A DNA stretch of 63,390 bases from Bacteroides sp. SM23_62_1 (GCA_001304505.1 LJUQ01000016.1:1-63390), one strand, 5' to 3'. Numbered from the stretch's first letter, positions 1 to 9,748 are shown. A program made the numbers and translations. The notes: generated by a model not told the origin, from the letters alone.

Positions 1-234
1 ATGGTACTTATCGACGATTTTCTGGGGACTGACCCCTTCCTGCCTGGCTTTAATGGTTATGGGCACACCATGTTCATCCGAACCGCAGATAAAGATAATA
101 TCTTCCCCTTTCAGGCGGAGGTACCTTGAATATATATCAGCCGGGACATATACACCTGCCAGGTGACCGATATGCACAGGCCCGTTGGCATAGGGTAATG
201 CGGCGGTGATAAGATGGCGTTTGAATTTCTTCAT
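1..234 (-). CDS. metG: methionine--tRNA ligase, N-terminal part (gene runs off the left edge)
   Basis: Reverse-complement translation from the ATG at 234-232 reads [67 protein letters not shown]. This is the class I aaRS HIGH motif in typical MetRS context. It is absent from the ORF track because no stop lies inside the window. Confidence 0.85.
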   Translation of the reverse strand, partial: MKKFKRHLITAALPYANGPVHIGHLAGVYVPADIYSRYLRLKGEDIIFICGSDEHGVPITIKARQEGVSPQKIVDKYH

Positions 235-504
235 GAAACCTGCCTTCGTTGTTGATTCAATTTCAGCAATAACTGACAAAGATAGTTAAGAAATTAAGAT
301 GGCGTTTATTGGAACGATAGAACTTTTAATAGAATTCGAAGCGGGGAGAAATTACCGGGGAGAATGGTTCTCGGTTCCCCGTTCCCGGTTATCTTTTGGG
401 TGTGAGTATGCGTTATTAATGATATAATGGTTACAATAATTTATATAGATAGATTAATTTTATATCGATAAAAGACCATACACATTATTAAAATTTACGG
501 AAGC

Positions 505-861
505 ATGCCGGAACATATTGAGAAAGGCAGAAAAAGCGAGGAAATTGCTACTGAATATCTCAGAGATCATGGGTACGATATATTGGATATCAATTTCAGG
601 TACAGACAGAAAGAAATTGATATTATTTCAAGGAAAGACCAATTTTTAGTAATTACCGAAGTGAAGACAAAATCTTTCTGGAGTGATGAAAAGCCCGGGG
701 ATTTGGTTAAACCGGGAAAACAAAGATTTCTTATCGGGGCGACCGAAGCATATATGATGAAAAACGATATTGACCTGGAAGTGAGGTTTGATGTGATATT
801 TATTGTATATAAAAATGAAGAGATAATTATTGAACATATTGAAGATGCATTTGGTCCGTGA
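505..861 (+). CDS. YraN family (UPF0102) endonuclease-like protein
   Basis: 118 aa. The N-terminus GRKSEEIATEYLRDHGYDILDINFRYRQKEIDIISRKDQFLVITEVKTK matches the YraN/UPF0102 pattern (GE.A..YL...G..IL..N.R....EIDII......LVFVEVK). Confidence 0.8.
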   Translation: MPEHIEKGRKSEEIATEYLRDHGYDILDINFRYRQKEIDIISRKDQFLVITEVKTKSFWSDEKPGDLVKPGKQRFLIGATEAYMMKNDIDLEVRFDVIFIVYKNEEIIIEHIEDAFGP

Positions 862-866
862 GTGAC

Positions 867-905
867 AACTGTCAGGGCATGACTCCAGGTCATGCCCTGA
901 CAGTT
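867..905 (+). terminator. 17-bp perfect stem-loop downstream of yraN
   Basis: aactgtcagggcatgac (867-883), loop tccag, gtcatgccctgacagtt (889-905). A T-run follows at 915-920. Confidence 0.6.
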
Positions 906-928
906 CTGAATCCATTTTTTATTTAAGC

Positions 929-979
929 ATGAACATTGAAGATATCCGCGATTATTGTCTGTCTAAACCTGCTATATAA
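929..979 (+). pseudogene. 5-prime fragment of an MmcQ/YjbR-like gene (16 codons then stop)
   Basis: ATG at 929 gives MNIEDIRDYCLSKPAI*. This parallels the start of the intact gene at 7352 (MNIEIIREYCLSKPGV). By my hand alignment 34 of the first 45 nt are identical. Confidence 0.5.
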
Positions 980-1182
980 AAAGCTTATCACATGAACAGG
1001 ATCATTATTCTTTTTAAATAACCTACAAAAAAATTAGTTCTATAAAGCTTTGTATTTTTTTAGTTGTATTTCATTTGAAGCAAAAGATTTAAATAATTAT
1101 GCTTAGTTAAAATATTATTTCAAAATACATTCTGATTTTTTAACTTGTATTGCTATTCTTATTATTAAACAGGTCAAAACCA

Positions 1183-3645
1183 ATGGCCATGCAACACAGG
1201 TTTAATGACAAATTTACCCGGCGTCTTAACGAAATAATTGATAACAATATTAGTAATGAACGATTTGGTGTATCAGAATTAGCCTGTGAAATGAACATGA
1301 GCCGTTCCAATCTGCATCGGAGGATCAAATCTGTCACTGGTGCTTCGGTTAGCCAGTATCTGAGAAGAGTAAGGTTAAACAGAGCCATGGATTTATTGAA
1401 AGAACAATCTTATACAGTGTCAGAGGTAGCCTATGCAGTTGGATTTGGCAATGTAACCTATTTCTGTACATGCTTCAGGGATCACTTTGGTTACACTCCG
1501 GGCGAAGTTGGAAATTATAAAGAAGAACCTGAAGAAGTCCAAATTACCGGGATTAAAGAAGGTGTGATGAAAAACTTTCCTGTTCAGACGACCTCATTCA
1601 TTGGCCGGGAAAATGAAATAAAAACCATTTTAGGTTTGGAGAAAGAACACCGGATTGTTTCCCTTATCGGTACGGGTGGATGCGGCAAAACCAGGTTGGC
1701 ATGCGAAGTGGTTTCAAAATTACAAAATGAGTATAAAGACGGAATTTGGTTTGTAAACCTGGCACCTGTTGAAGCAGAGGAACTGGTTATAAAACAGATA
1801 ATGAGCACCCTGGGAATTGCAGAAATACCGGGAACTGATATGTTTGAAATACTTATTCAAAAAATCGGGAATAAAAATTTATTAATCCTGCTTGATAATT
1901 GTGAACACCTGCTATCTGCCTGTGCTGAGTTATCAGGTAAACTGATCGAGTCAATTCCCTGTTTATCGCTTATTGTGACCAGCCGTGAAGCATTGAATAT
2001 TACGGGAGAAAAGGTATGGTTAATTCCCCCGCTGAGCCTGATTGATCCCACATCAGTTATAGATGAGGAATATGCTAATAGATCAGAGGCAGTCAGGTTG
2101 TTTGCCGATCGAGCATTATTAAACAATCCCGGTTTTAAACTTACAAAAGAAAACATGAAAGAAGTAGCCACTATCTGTCAAAGGGTCGATGGAATTCCAC
2201 TGGCTGTTGAACTGGTGGCGAGCAGGATAAAGTATATGGATGCAAAAACTATGATCGACCGGTTCGGAGGAAAACTTGCTGAAATCCCTTCGATGGATCC
2301 GGGGATCATAGAACGTCATAAAACACTTCAGGCGACTATTGAATGGAGTTATAATCTCCTCACAGAGGAGGAAAAAGCCCTGTTCCGAAGTTTATGTGTT
2401 TTTACCGGTGGATTTGATGTTACAGCCGCGGAAGAGGTTTGCACGGATGAATTCCTCCCAAAAGAAAGTATTTTTGATCTGTTGACCCGCCTGATTGACA
2501 CCTGCCTGGTCCAGACGTTTTATACTGAGAATCGTAAAATGAGGTATAATTTGCTGGAGACTCTCCGTCAATACGGAATGAACTTACTTTCTGAATATAA
2601 GGAGAAGGATGAGATAAGCAGAAGACATCTGGAATATTTTACAAGGATTGTTGATCTGTCATTTAAAGAAAGAATGTCGTCCCAGAGTAAGTGGCTGGAA
2701 TTGCTCGAGATTGAACATGACAACATGCTGGCTGCACTTCGTTGGTCAGATCAATATGATACGGATGGTTTTAACCGGTTAGCCGGATCACTTTCATGGT
2801 TTTGGGCAAGAAGTAATCATTATTCAACTGCTATTGAAATTCTGGAAAAAGTGATAGCATCCAATATTACTAACAAAGAGACATTGGCCAGACTGGTAAC
2901 TGGCTATGGCAACCTATTGACAACCTGTCCTGATCAACAGAGAGCACTTTCCCTCTTAAAGCAGGGCTTATCCATCTGGCGAGTACTTGAGGATAAAAAA
3001 GAAGAAGCATATGTGCTGGCTAAAATCGCAGAATTACTTTGTTCGATGGGAGAGGATGCCCCAGGCTTAGAATACGCGAGATTAGCTTATTCTCTTGCTA
3101 ATGAATTGAATGATCCAGGTGTTGAACTGTATTGTATGCTGGCTGTATGTCAAGGATTGGTAGATTTAAAAAAAACTGCCGAAGCCAGACTTATGGCCAG
3201 GAAATTATCCGGATTGGCTGAAAAACTTAAGAACATGTATGGTATTCTGGCATCCCATCACTTTCTTGGAGATTGTGCACTGATCGAAGGTAAATTCTAT
3301 GAATCAGAAAAAGAATACGGAAAGGGTCTTTCAACTACACTCATGTACAATGACACTTCTTTTTCTTGTGTTGAGATGTTTGGCATAGCCATGTCTGTTG
3401 CCGGACAGGGACGTTATTCAAAAGCTCTTCGTATTAATGCTGCTGTTACCAAGACTGCAATATCCAATGGATTTATTGTGCCTGAAGAGGTTCCAGCTGT
3501 TTTTTGGAAGGAATTAGTGAATCAGCACATTATTGGAACCAGGGAAAAACTCGGTGAGGAATTAACATATAAATACGAGGAAGAAGGACGGTCCATGAGT
3601 TTTGATGAGGCTGTGAAATATGCACTGAATGTGGATATAGACTAA
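1183..3645 (+). CDS. AraC-type HTH fused to a STAND (NB-ARC-like) P-loop NTPase and a C-terminal TPR-like helical region
   Basis: The N-terminus LACEMNMSRSNLHRRIKSVTGASVSQYLRRVRLNRAMDLL...VAYAVGFGNVTYFCTCFRDHFGYTPGE is an AraC HTH pair. Next come Walker A (GTGGCGKTRLA), Walker B (LLILLDNCEHL), TSRE and the GIPLAVEL motif typical of NB-ARC/STAND. The C-terminal ~350 aa are helical-repeat-like. The track ORF starts at a TTG (1150); the ATG at 1183 is more plausible. Confidence 0.8.
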   Translation: MAMQHRFNDKFTRRLNEIIDNNISNERFGVSELACEMNMSRSNLHRRIKSVTGASVSQYLRRVRLNRAMDLLKEQSYTVSEVAYAVGFGNVTYFCTCFRDHFGYTPGEVGNYKEEPEEVQITGIKEGVMKNFPVQTTSFIGRENEIKTILGLEKEHRIVSLIGTGGCGKTRLACEVVSKLQNEYKDGIWFVNLAPVEAEELVIKQIMSTLGIAEIPGTDMFEILIQKIGNKNLLILLDNCEHLLSACAELSGKLIESIPCLSLIVTSREALNITGEKVWLIPPLSLIDPTSVIDEEYANRSEAVRLFADRALLNNPGFKLTKENMKEVATICQRVDGIPLAVELVASRIKYMDAKTMIDRFGGKLAEIPSMDPGIIERHKTLQATIEWSYNLLTEEEKALFRSLCVFTGGFDVTAAEEVCTDEFLPKESIFDLLTRLIDTCLVQTFYTENRKMRYNLLETLRQYGMNLLSEYKEKDEISRRHLEYFTRIVDLSFKERMSSQSKWLELLEIEHDNMLAALRWSDQYDTDGFNRLAGSLSWFWARSNHYSTAIEILEKVIASNITNKETLARLVTGYGNLLTTCPDQQRALSLLKQGLSIWRVLEDKKEEAYVLAKIAELLCSMGEDAPGLEYARLAYSLANELNDPGVELYCMLAVCQGLVDLKKTAEARLMARKLSGLAEKLKNMYGILASHHFLGDCALIEGKFYESEKEYGKGLSTTLMYNDTSFSCVEMFGIAMSVAGQGRYSKALRINAAVTKTAISNGFIVPEEVPAVFWKELVNQHIIGTREKLGEELTYKYEEEGRSMSFDEAVKYALNVDID

Positions 3646-4080
3646 AATAATTGCCCTGATATTTTTAAAAGAAAATCATAAAATTCCCTCTTTTTACTAT
3701 CATATCTGAATATTTATAAAAGTGTCACCGGTTGACCTTATCGGTGCTCTTATCTTTTTCCTGCAACATAAGTGAAATCCATCTGACAAAATTTAAAACC
3801 ATTTCAACATAATCATTATGTCCTGCACCATTGGAATTCGGAATTTTACAATGAAGATTTTTATTGACTTTTATTCATTTACTAATACAAAAATTATTAT
3901 GAAGCGGACCAAATGGTCTCATGAAGAAAGAATATTAAGCGAAGAAACAAAACAGGCCTTTAAAAATATGCAGGAACTCCAGGATAAAATGAAAAAAATG
4001 TTTTCGGATTGTAATTATACTCATTTTCTCATTTTGTTGTGCTTTAGGACTCTGCCAGGATGCAAACCAAATAATAAAAA

Positions 4081-4671
4081 ATGGGCAAACTAGAGTTTGA
4101 TATTCAAAATCCGGAAAATGCAATAAAATTATCCTTCTTACTGGGAAATGGTCAGGTAGTATTGATAACCTCATGCGATGCTCAGAAAAAAGTACACGGC
4201 ATATTGACAGCGAGCTGGATGACCCCAACCTCTCATATACCTTTGCTGCTAACCATTTCGGTTGGAAATGGTAAAGAAGGATCAGAAAGTGAGAATTATC
4301 GCGCATCTTATAAACTCATTGAAGATACAGCAGAATTTGGTTTAAATATACCTACGAAGGAATTGATTGAAGCGGTTGGTAAAATAGGAACCGTACATAG
4401 CAACCAGGTGGATAAGTATGCAGAAACAGGACTTACAGCCATGGAATCAAAAATGATCAAAGTGAATCTAATAAAGGAGTGTTACCTGAATATAGAATGT
4501 AAGGTTACAGATGAGTATATAACGGGTGACCACACCGTGTTTGTGGCTGAACCTGCTTTGGTTCATATTAATGATGATGTACTTGAAAACGGGATATTTT
4601 CAGAGAAGTACCGGTCAAAAAACAACCAGATTCATTTTGGGGATATTATAGACCTCTGGAATATGTGGTAG
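4081..4671 (+). CDS. flavin reductase-like domain protein
   Basis: 196 aa. VVLITSCDAQKKVHGILTASWMTPTSHIPLLLTISVG...FGLNIPTKE...ECKVTDEYITGDHTVFVAEP fits the FMN-binding split-barrel flavin reductase family pattern. Confidence 0.7.
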   Translation: MGKLEFDIQNPENAIKLSFLLGNGQVVLITSCDAQKKVHGILTASWMTPTSHIPLLLTISVGNGKEGSESENYRASYKLIEDTAEFGLNIPTKELIEAVGKIGTVHSNQVDKYAETGLTAMESKMIKVNLIKECYLNIECKVTDEYITGDHTVFVAEPALVHINDDVLENGIFSEKYRSKNNQIHFGDIIDLWNMW

Positions 4672-4844
4672 ATCATAATTTATTAAGTGTCAAAGAAAGA
4701 TAATAAGTTTTAAAGCTGTGATCTGTACATCTAAATTAAAAGGAACAGCGACGGTGTGTTTAAATGGATTTGAAGTAAATATCAAAAACTTTAAATAAGC
4801 GATGATATTGTAGAATTTTCAAGCATAAATTAAAATTTATAGAT

Positions 4845-6905
4845 ATGAAAACAAAAGAATTTGAACTCAAGTTCATTATCACAATGTTCCGGCATGTCTT
4901 TTTCTTCTTCAGTATAGCAGTGTTTACATCACAAGCAATATCTGCTCAGGGAGAAAACTGGAGAGTGGTCACTAATATGCCCACACCCAGGCATGATATA
5001 GCAAGTTGCGTAGTGAATGGTAAGATTTATGCGATTGGAGGGATGTCACATGAATATAATGGACAAAAAACTTTTTTTAATCTGGTCACAAGGTTCGATC
5101 CTGAAAATTCTGTTTGGGATACCTGTCAAAGTATGTCAGGACCGAGAGTGGGAGCTTATGCCTGCCCGGTGAACGGGAAGATCTATCTGTTTGGGGGTAG
5201 AAATAATTTTAGTTCCCCAAACATTTCAAATATGTTTATTTACGATACTGAAGCAGATACATGGTCCACGGTAACAAATATGCCGTGGGGCACATCCTAT
5301 GCTGCCGGATGTATGTATGACAACAAAATCTATCTTTTCGGCGGTTTAGAAGCCGGATCAACTGCCTGGAATCCTTCAAAGCAGGTGTTAAGATACGATC
5401 CGGAAACAGAAAGTTGGGATACACTGGCTGAAATGAATGTTGCAAGGTCGCATTTTACAGTAAATGTGATGAATAATAAGATTTATGCATTTGGTGGGAT
5501 GAATGCTTCTACCAATCAGTTAACTAAGGTTGTTGAAGTCTATGATCCGTCTTCTGATACCTGGGAACTAAATAATCCGGCACCTTCTTATAGAGCCATG
5601 AATACCAGCGTTCGGTTTAATGACAGGATCTGGATATTGAGCGGAGCGAAAAATGTTTCATCTTATAATAATTCAGTAGATATTTACGAACCTGCTACGG
5701 ATAGTTGGCAATGTGCAGCTGCAGAAGACCTTCCCTTGATTAAAATGTGGCACCCAGCCTCGGTAATCCATGATAGTATGGTATATCTCTTAGGAGGTAC
5801 AACAGCTTCTTATTTTTTGGATATTCCAGAAATGATTGCATTTGATTTTCCGGTTGCCAGGGCACAAAATGATACGGTATTGCCCTGCGAGTCATTTGAG
5901 ATACTTTTTTATGAAGATGGGGACATTTATATTACACCGTCCGGGATCCAGGCAGAAAAAGCAACTATAGAAGCAGCAACGATCCAACAGGAGTCAGGTA
6001 CCGCCGGACAGAAGATTACGCTGCAAATGGAAATATCGGGATCCTGCTGGATCTATGGAATTGCTTCCGAAGGCAGGCTTGACCGGGGTTATTCATCCCT
6101 TAATATAATCTCCGCTGTCACTGCGACGACAGATGTAACTGCGAACACGAGTGATGACGGTACAGGTGATTGTACCGTTGAAATAGCCATTGCCGATGCA
6201 ATATTCAACGACAACTGCCCCGGCAGCACGCTTGTGTGGGAGATGAGTGGAGCCACGAACTACTTCTGGCCAGGCCAGGTGTATACGTGGACCTTCAATC
6301 ATGGGGTAACGAAGATAGTCTACACGCTCAAGAATGGTTCATCGATCATATCAAAAGACAGTCTTGAGGTGACGGTGCTGGATGATGAGGATCCTCAATT
6401 CATAGTACCGCCAACTGATACAGTCTACAGAAGTTCTGATTGCTCTTATGATATTGACCCATTCATTACGGGAGATGCGCTAAATGAGTGGGATAATTGT
6501 GCCACTGGAATAGAAGGATTTATCCTTAATGATAATGATACAAATTTGACAGGTTGTGATACAGCCGGTTATATAATCAGAACCTTGAGGTTGGATGATG
6601 GAAACGGAAATGTTGTGGACCAGATTCAAATCATCTGGGTATTACCCTTACCGACTGCTATACCAATTATAGAGAAGATCCCTGATTTCCGGTTTTATCC
6701 CAATCCCGCCGAAGATTATATTACGGTCGAATTGCCTGCTACCGGTGATATCAGCCTGTTCGATATCCTGGGTAGGGAAATGACCGGGATTTCCAATGTA
6801 TCAGGCAAAACAACCATTTCTGTTTCAGAATTGCCACAAGGTGTTTATTTTATTAGGGTTAATTACGGAAAGGAATTCAGTATAGAGAAAGTTTTGGTGG
6901 AATGA
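4845..6905 (+). CDS. secreted Kelch-repeat protein with HYR-like Cys-rich domains and a T9SS C-terminal sorting domain
   Basis: Signal peptide is present. Kelch signatures recur (NGKIYAIGG, NGKIYLFGG, DNKIYLFGG, NNKIYAFGG). DNC/C-rich modules occur (FNDNCPGS, WDNCATG). The C-terminus FRFYPNPAEDYITVEL...LPQGVYFIRVNYGKEFSIEKVLVE is a Por/T9SS sorting domain. Confidence 0.8.
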   Translation: MKTKEFELKFIITMFRHVFFFFSIAVFTSQAISAQGENWRVVTNMPTPRHDIASCVVNGKIYAIGGMSHEYNGQKTFFNLVTRFDPENSVWDTCQSMSGPRVGAYACPVNGKIYLFGGRNNFSSPNISNMFIYDTEADTWSTVTNMPWGTSYAAGCMYDNKIYLFGGLEAGSTAWNPSKQVLRYDPETESWDTLAEMNVARSHFTVNVMNNKIYAFGGMNASTNQLTKVVEVYDPSSDTWELNNPAPSYRAMNTSVRFNDRIWILSGAKNVSSYNNSVDIYEPATDSWQCAAAEDLPLIKMWHPASVIHDSMVYLLGGTTASYFLDIPEMIAFDFPVARAQNDTVLPCESFEILFYEDGDIYITPSGIQAEKATIEAATIQQESGTAGQKITLQMEISGSCWIYGIASEGRLDRGYSSLNIISAVTATTDVTANTSDDGTGDCTVEIAIADAIFNDNCPGSTLVWEMSGATNYFWPGQVYTWTFNHGVTKIVYTLKNGSSIISKDSLEVTVLDDEDPQFIVPPTDTVYRSSDCSYDIDPFITGDALNEWDNCATGIEGFILNDNDTNLTGCDTAGYIIRTLRLDDGNGNVVDQIQIIWVLPLPTAIPIIEKIPDFRFYPNPAEDYITVELPATGDISLFDILGREMTGISNVSGKTTISVSELPQGVYFIRVNYGKEFSIEKVLVE

Positions 6906-6917
6906 TATCATCTCATA

Positions 6918-6958
6918 CCTGGTGTCATGTTAAGCAATAAACCAGACATGACACCAGG
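6918..6958. terminator. 13-bp stem-loop just after the Kelch gene stop
   Basis: cctggtgtcatgt (6918-6930) pairs with acatgacaccagg (6946-6958); the loop is 15 nt. Confidence 0.45.
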
Positions 6959-6965
6959 CAGATTC

Positions 6966-7091
6966 CTGATGCAAAATCAAATCATGACGGACAGTTCTTC
7001 TGTAGATGTCTCTTTCCTGGAAAGTGGGATTTATGTTGTAAGGGTAACAGATGATAATCAAATAGTTACCCGCAAGTTCCTGAAACATTAG
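6966..7091 (+). pseudogene. remnant of the C-terminal half of a second T9SS sorting domain
   Basis: Frame-0 translation LMQNQIMTDSSSVDVSFLESGIYVVRVTDDNQIVTRKFLKH* parallels the end of the intact CTD upstream (TISVSELPQGVYFIRVNYGKEFSIEKVLVE*). No upstream body of a gene is present. Confidence 0.5.
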
Positions 7092-7351
7092 ATAATCAGA
7101 ACGATGTGAAAAACGTGTGTGTTTCACCCCCTTTTCCCAAATATACCCTTCCTACCTATGCAGATTCACAGTTATAAAAAGTGTTTTATTGCACTTATCA
7201 GGAGAAAAATTGATTGAAATTAATCGGGGTATTCTATTTAAAAGAATGTTCCGGGTATGATTATGATCTCATGTATTAGGTTCAGAACAACAACCTGATA
7301 CTGTGGGATAATATGGAATCTGTTATATTTGTATCATCCAAAAAATATCAA

Positions 7352-7708
7352 ATGAACATCGAAATAATCCGAGAATATTGTCTTTCCAAACCAGGAGTAA
7401 CAGAAAGTTTCCCGTTCAACGATACAGCTCTTGTATTTAAAGTGGCCGGGAAAATGTTTGCTCTTCTCGACCTATCGGAAGATAGCAGGGGAATAAGTCT
7501 GAAATGTGATCCGGAACTTGCCATAGAACTTAGAGAGCAATATCCTGAAGTAACTCCTGCATACCACTTCAACAAAAAACACTGGAATACTGTTCAGATT
7601 GATGGCAGTGTCTATGACCGTTTGCTTCTGGAATGGATCGATCATTCATACGAACTCGTTGTAAATCAGCTGTCTGCAGGCATGAAGAACATACTTTCAA
7701 ACATGTGA
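7352..7708 (+). CDS. MmcQ/YjbR family DNA-binding protein
   Basis: MNIEIIREYCLSKPGVTESFPFNDTALVFKVAGKMFALL...LKCDPE....LREQYPEVTPAYHFNKKHWNTV matches the YjbR family pattern. The track ORF begins at 7313, but the ATG at 7352 fits the family start. Confidence 0.75.
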   Translation: MNIEIIREYCLSKPGVTESFPFNDTALVFKVAGKMFALLDLSEDSRGISLKCDPELAIELREQYPEVTPAYHFNKKHWNTVQIDGSVYDRLLLEWIDHSYELVVNQLSAGMKNILSNM

Positions 7709-7831
7709 TTAGTGACTTTTGATATTTCAGTATTTCTATGTTTCTTGAGGATTAATTTTCTGAACAGAATGTTATCCTGTGTGAATTAAAATATGATTGT
7801 ATTCAATTAACCGGAAATAAAAAAAAATGTC

Positions 7832-8398
7832 ATGAAAAAAATATTATCCTATTTTTTCCAGGGACTGATTTACATTGCTCCTTTAGGAATTACAATTTAT
7901 GTAATTTATTTTCTTTTTACGGTCATTGATGGATTCATCAGGGGCCAGATAGATAAAATTCTGGATGTCAATATACCGGGATTGGGTATTGTTGTACTTT
8001 TTGTAATCATTACACTGCTGGGCCTGATTGGTCAGACAATCATTGCACGACCATTTAAAAGGCTTATTCAGAGGTTAATAGATAGGGCACCATTGATTAA
8101 AGTGATTTATTCTTCGATACGGGACCTGCTTTCGGCCTTTGTCGGGAAAGAGAAAAAATTTGACCAGCCTGTGCTGGTAATTGTGAATACCATTTCCAAT
8201 CTTGAAAAGATGGGTTTCATGACACAGGAGGACCTGAGTGATTTGGATATCAAAGAGAAAGTTGCCGTGTATTTCCCGCACAGCTATAATTTTTCAGGGG
8301 AATTGTTTATTGTTCCCAGGGAGCTGGTCAGGCCCGTAGATATTCCTTCTGCTGAAGCAATGAAGTTCATTGTGTCAGGGGGAGTGGCAAAGAATTGA
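7832..8398 (+). CDS. DUF502-type membrane protein
   Basis: 188 aa with two N-terminal TM helices. GLIYIAPLGITIYVIYFLF...IPGLGIVVLFVIITLLGLIGQ...PLIKVIYSSIRDL is typical of DUF502. Confidence 0.65.
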   Translation: MKKILSYFFQGLIYIAPLGITIYVIYFLFTVIDGFIRGQIDKILDVNIPGLGIVVLFVIITLLGLIGQTIIARPFKRLIQRLIDRAPLIKVIYSSIRDLLSAFVGKEKKFDQPVLVIVNTISNLEKMGFMTQEDLSDLDIKEKVAVYFPHSYNFSGELFIVPRELVRPVDIPSAEAMKFIVSGGVAKN

Positions 8399-8611
8399 AT
8401 GGTTCCCGGTAATTGAAATGTGGCCCCTAAAGGGGCCAGGTGGGAGTAATGGGTGTGGGGTGTGTTAATTAAAATATAGCTCCTGAAGGGGCCATTGGGG
8501 AAAGTTGGATGATTGTAAGTTGATGTTAATTCAAAACCAAAGCATAATTATTATTCTTATTGCAAAGAGTATTATATTATTTATTTTTATGCATCTAAAC
8601 TTTATCACATT

Positions 8612-9748
8612 ATGAAATTATTTCAGCGATACATTTTATCCGTTTCATTCATTCTTTTTGCCTTTCTTATAAGTGTTTCTGCACAGGATCTTTCTGGTTA
8701 TAAATTCACAAAGGTAAAAGAGATCAAAAACACATCCGTAAAAAATCAGCAAAGAACAGGTACCTGCTGGAGTTTTGCCACCACATCATTCATTGAATCT
8801 GAACTGATCCGTATGGGCAAGGAACCTTTGGACCTGGCGGAGATGTTTTTTGTACGGCATGCCTATATCAAAAAAGCTGAGAATTACATCAGGTTTCACG
8901 GGAATGCAAATTTCAGTCAGGGTGGACAAGCACATGATGTTATGAACGCAGTTAGACTGTATGGAGTTGTACCTCAGGAGGTCTACCAGGGATTGAACTA
9001 TGGAAGTGATATACATAATCATAGTGAACTTTCATCGGTGCTGAAAGGATTTCTTGACGGATTGTTAAAAAATCAGGTTCTCAGTCCGGTATGGGAAAAG
9101 GCTTATGATGCTATCCTGGATGTCTACCTGGGAGATGAAGTAATTTCCTTTAATTACAAAGGGAGAGCCTATACGCCTTCTGAATTCGCTATATCTACAG
9201 TACTTGATCCAGATGATTATCTAGAACTCACTTCATATACGCATGCCCCTTTTTATTCCACTTTTATACTGGAAGTTCCGGATAACTGGTCGTTCGACAA
9301 ATATTATAACCTTCCGCTGGATGAATTAATTCAGGTTATTGACCATGCCCTGGACAATGGTTATACTGTTTGTTGGGATGGAGATGTGTCGGAGAAAGGA
9401 TTTTCACATTCCAACGGCGTGGCAGTTGTGCCTGATATGACAATCAGCATGGAAGATGTACCTGCCTCTCAGTATGCCGTAAAGGAGAAAATAATTACAC
9501 AGGAACTTAGGCAGGAAAGTTTTACAAATTACAGCACCACAGATGATCACCTGATGCATCTTGTTGGAACGGCAACAGCACAGAATGGGCAGAGGTTTTA
9601 TTTAACAAAGAATTCCTGGGGTACAGAAAGCAATAATATGGGGGGAAAGCTTTACATGTCGGTACCGTATGCCAGACTTCATACGATTGCTGTTATGGTT
9701 CATAAGGATGCCTTACCGGAAGATATTAAGGAAAAGCTTAATTTATAA
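8612..9748 (+). CDS. C1-family cysteine peptidase (aminopeptidase C / bleomycin hydrolase-like), secreted
   Basis: Signal peptide is present. The catalytic Cys context is QQRTGTCWSFATTSFIESE, and the C-terminal part has HLMHLVG...KNSWG. Confidence 0.75.
   Translation: MKLFQRYILSVSFILFAFLISVSAQDLSGYKFTKVKEIKNTSVKNQQRTGTCWSFATTSFIESELIRMGKEPLDLAEMFFVRHAYIKKAENYIRFHGNANFSQGGQAHDVMNAVRLYGVVPQEVYQGLNYGSDIHNHSELSSVLKGFLDGLLKNQVLSPVWEKAYDAILDVYLGDEVISFNYKGRAYTPSEFAISTVLDPDDYLELTSYTHAPFYSTFILEVPDNWSFDKYYNLPLDELIQVIDHALDNGYTVCWDGDVSEKGFSHSNGVAVVPDMTISMEDVPASQYAVKEKIITQELRQESFTNYSTTDDHLMHLVGTATAQNGQRFYLTKNSWGTESNNMGGKLYMSVPYARLHTIAVMVHKDALPEDIKEKLNL

Noticed and set aside
3818-4093. 91-aa ORF between the STAND regulator and the flavin reductase
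   Set aside because: The sequence is low-complexity and Lys/Phe-rich with no family resemblance, and it overlaps the flavin reductase start. It cannot be excluded as a small gene, but support is insufficient.
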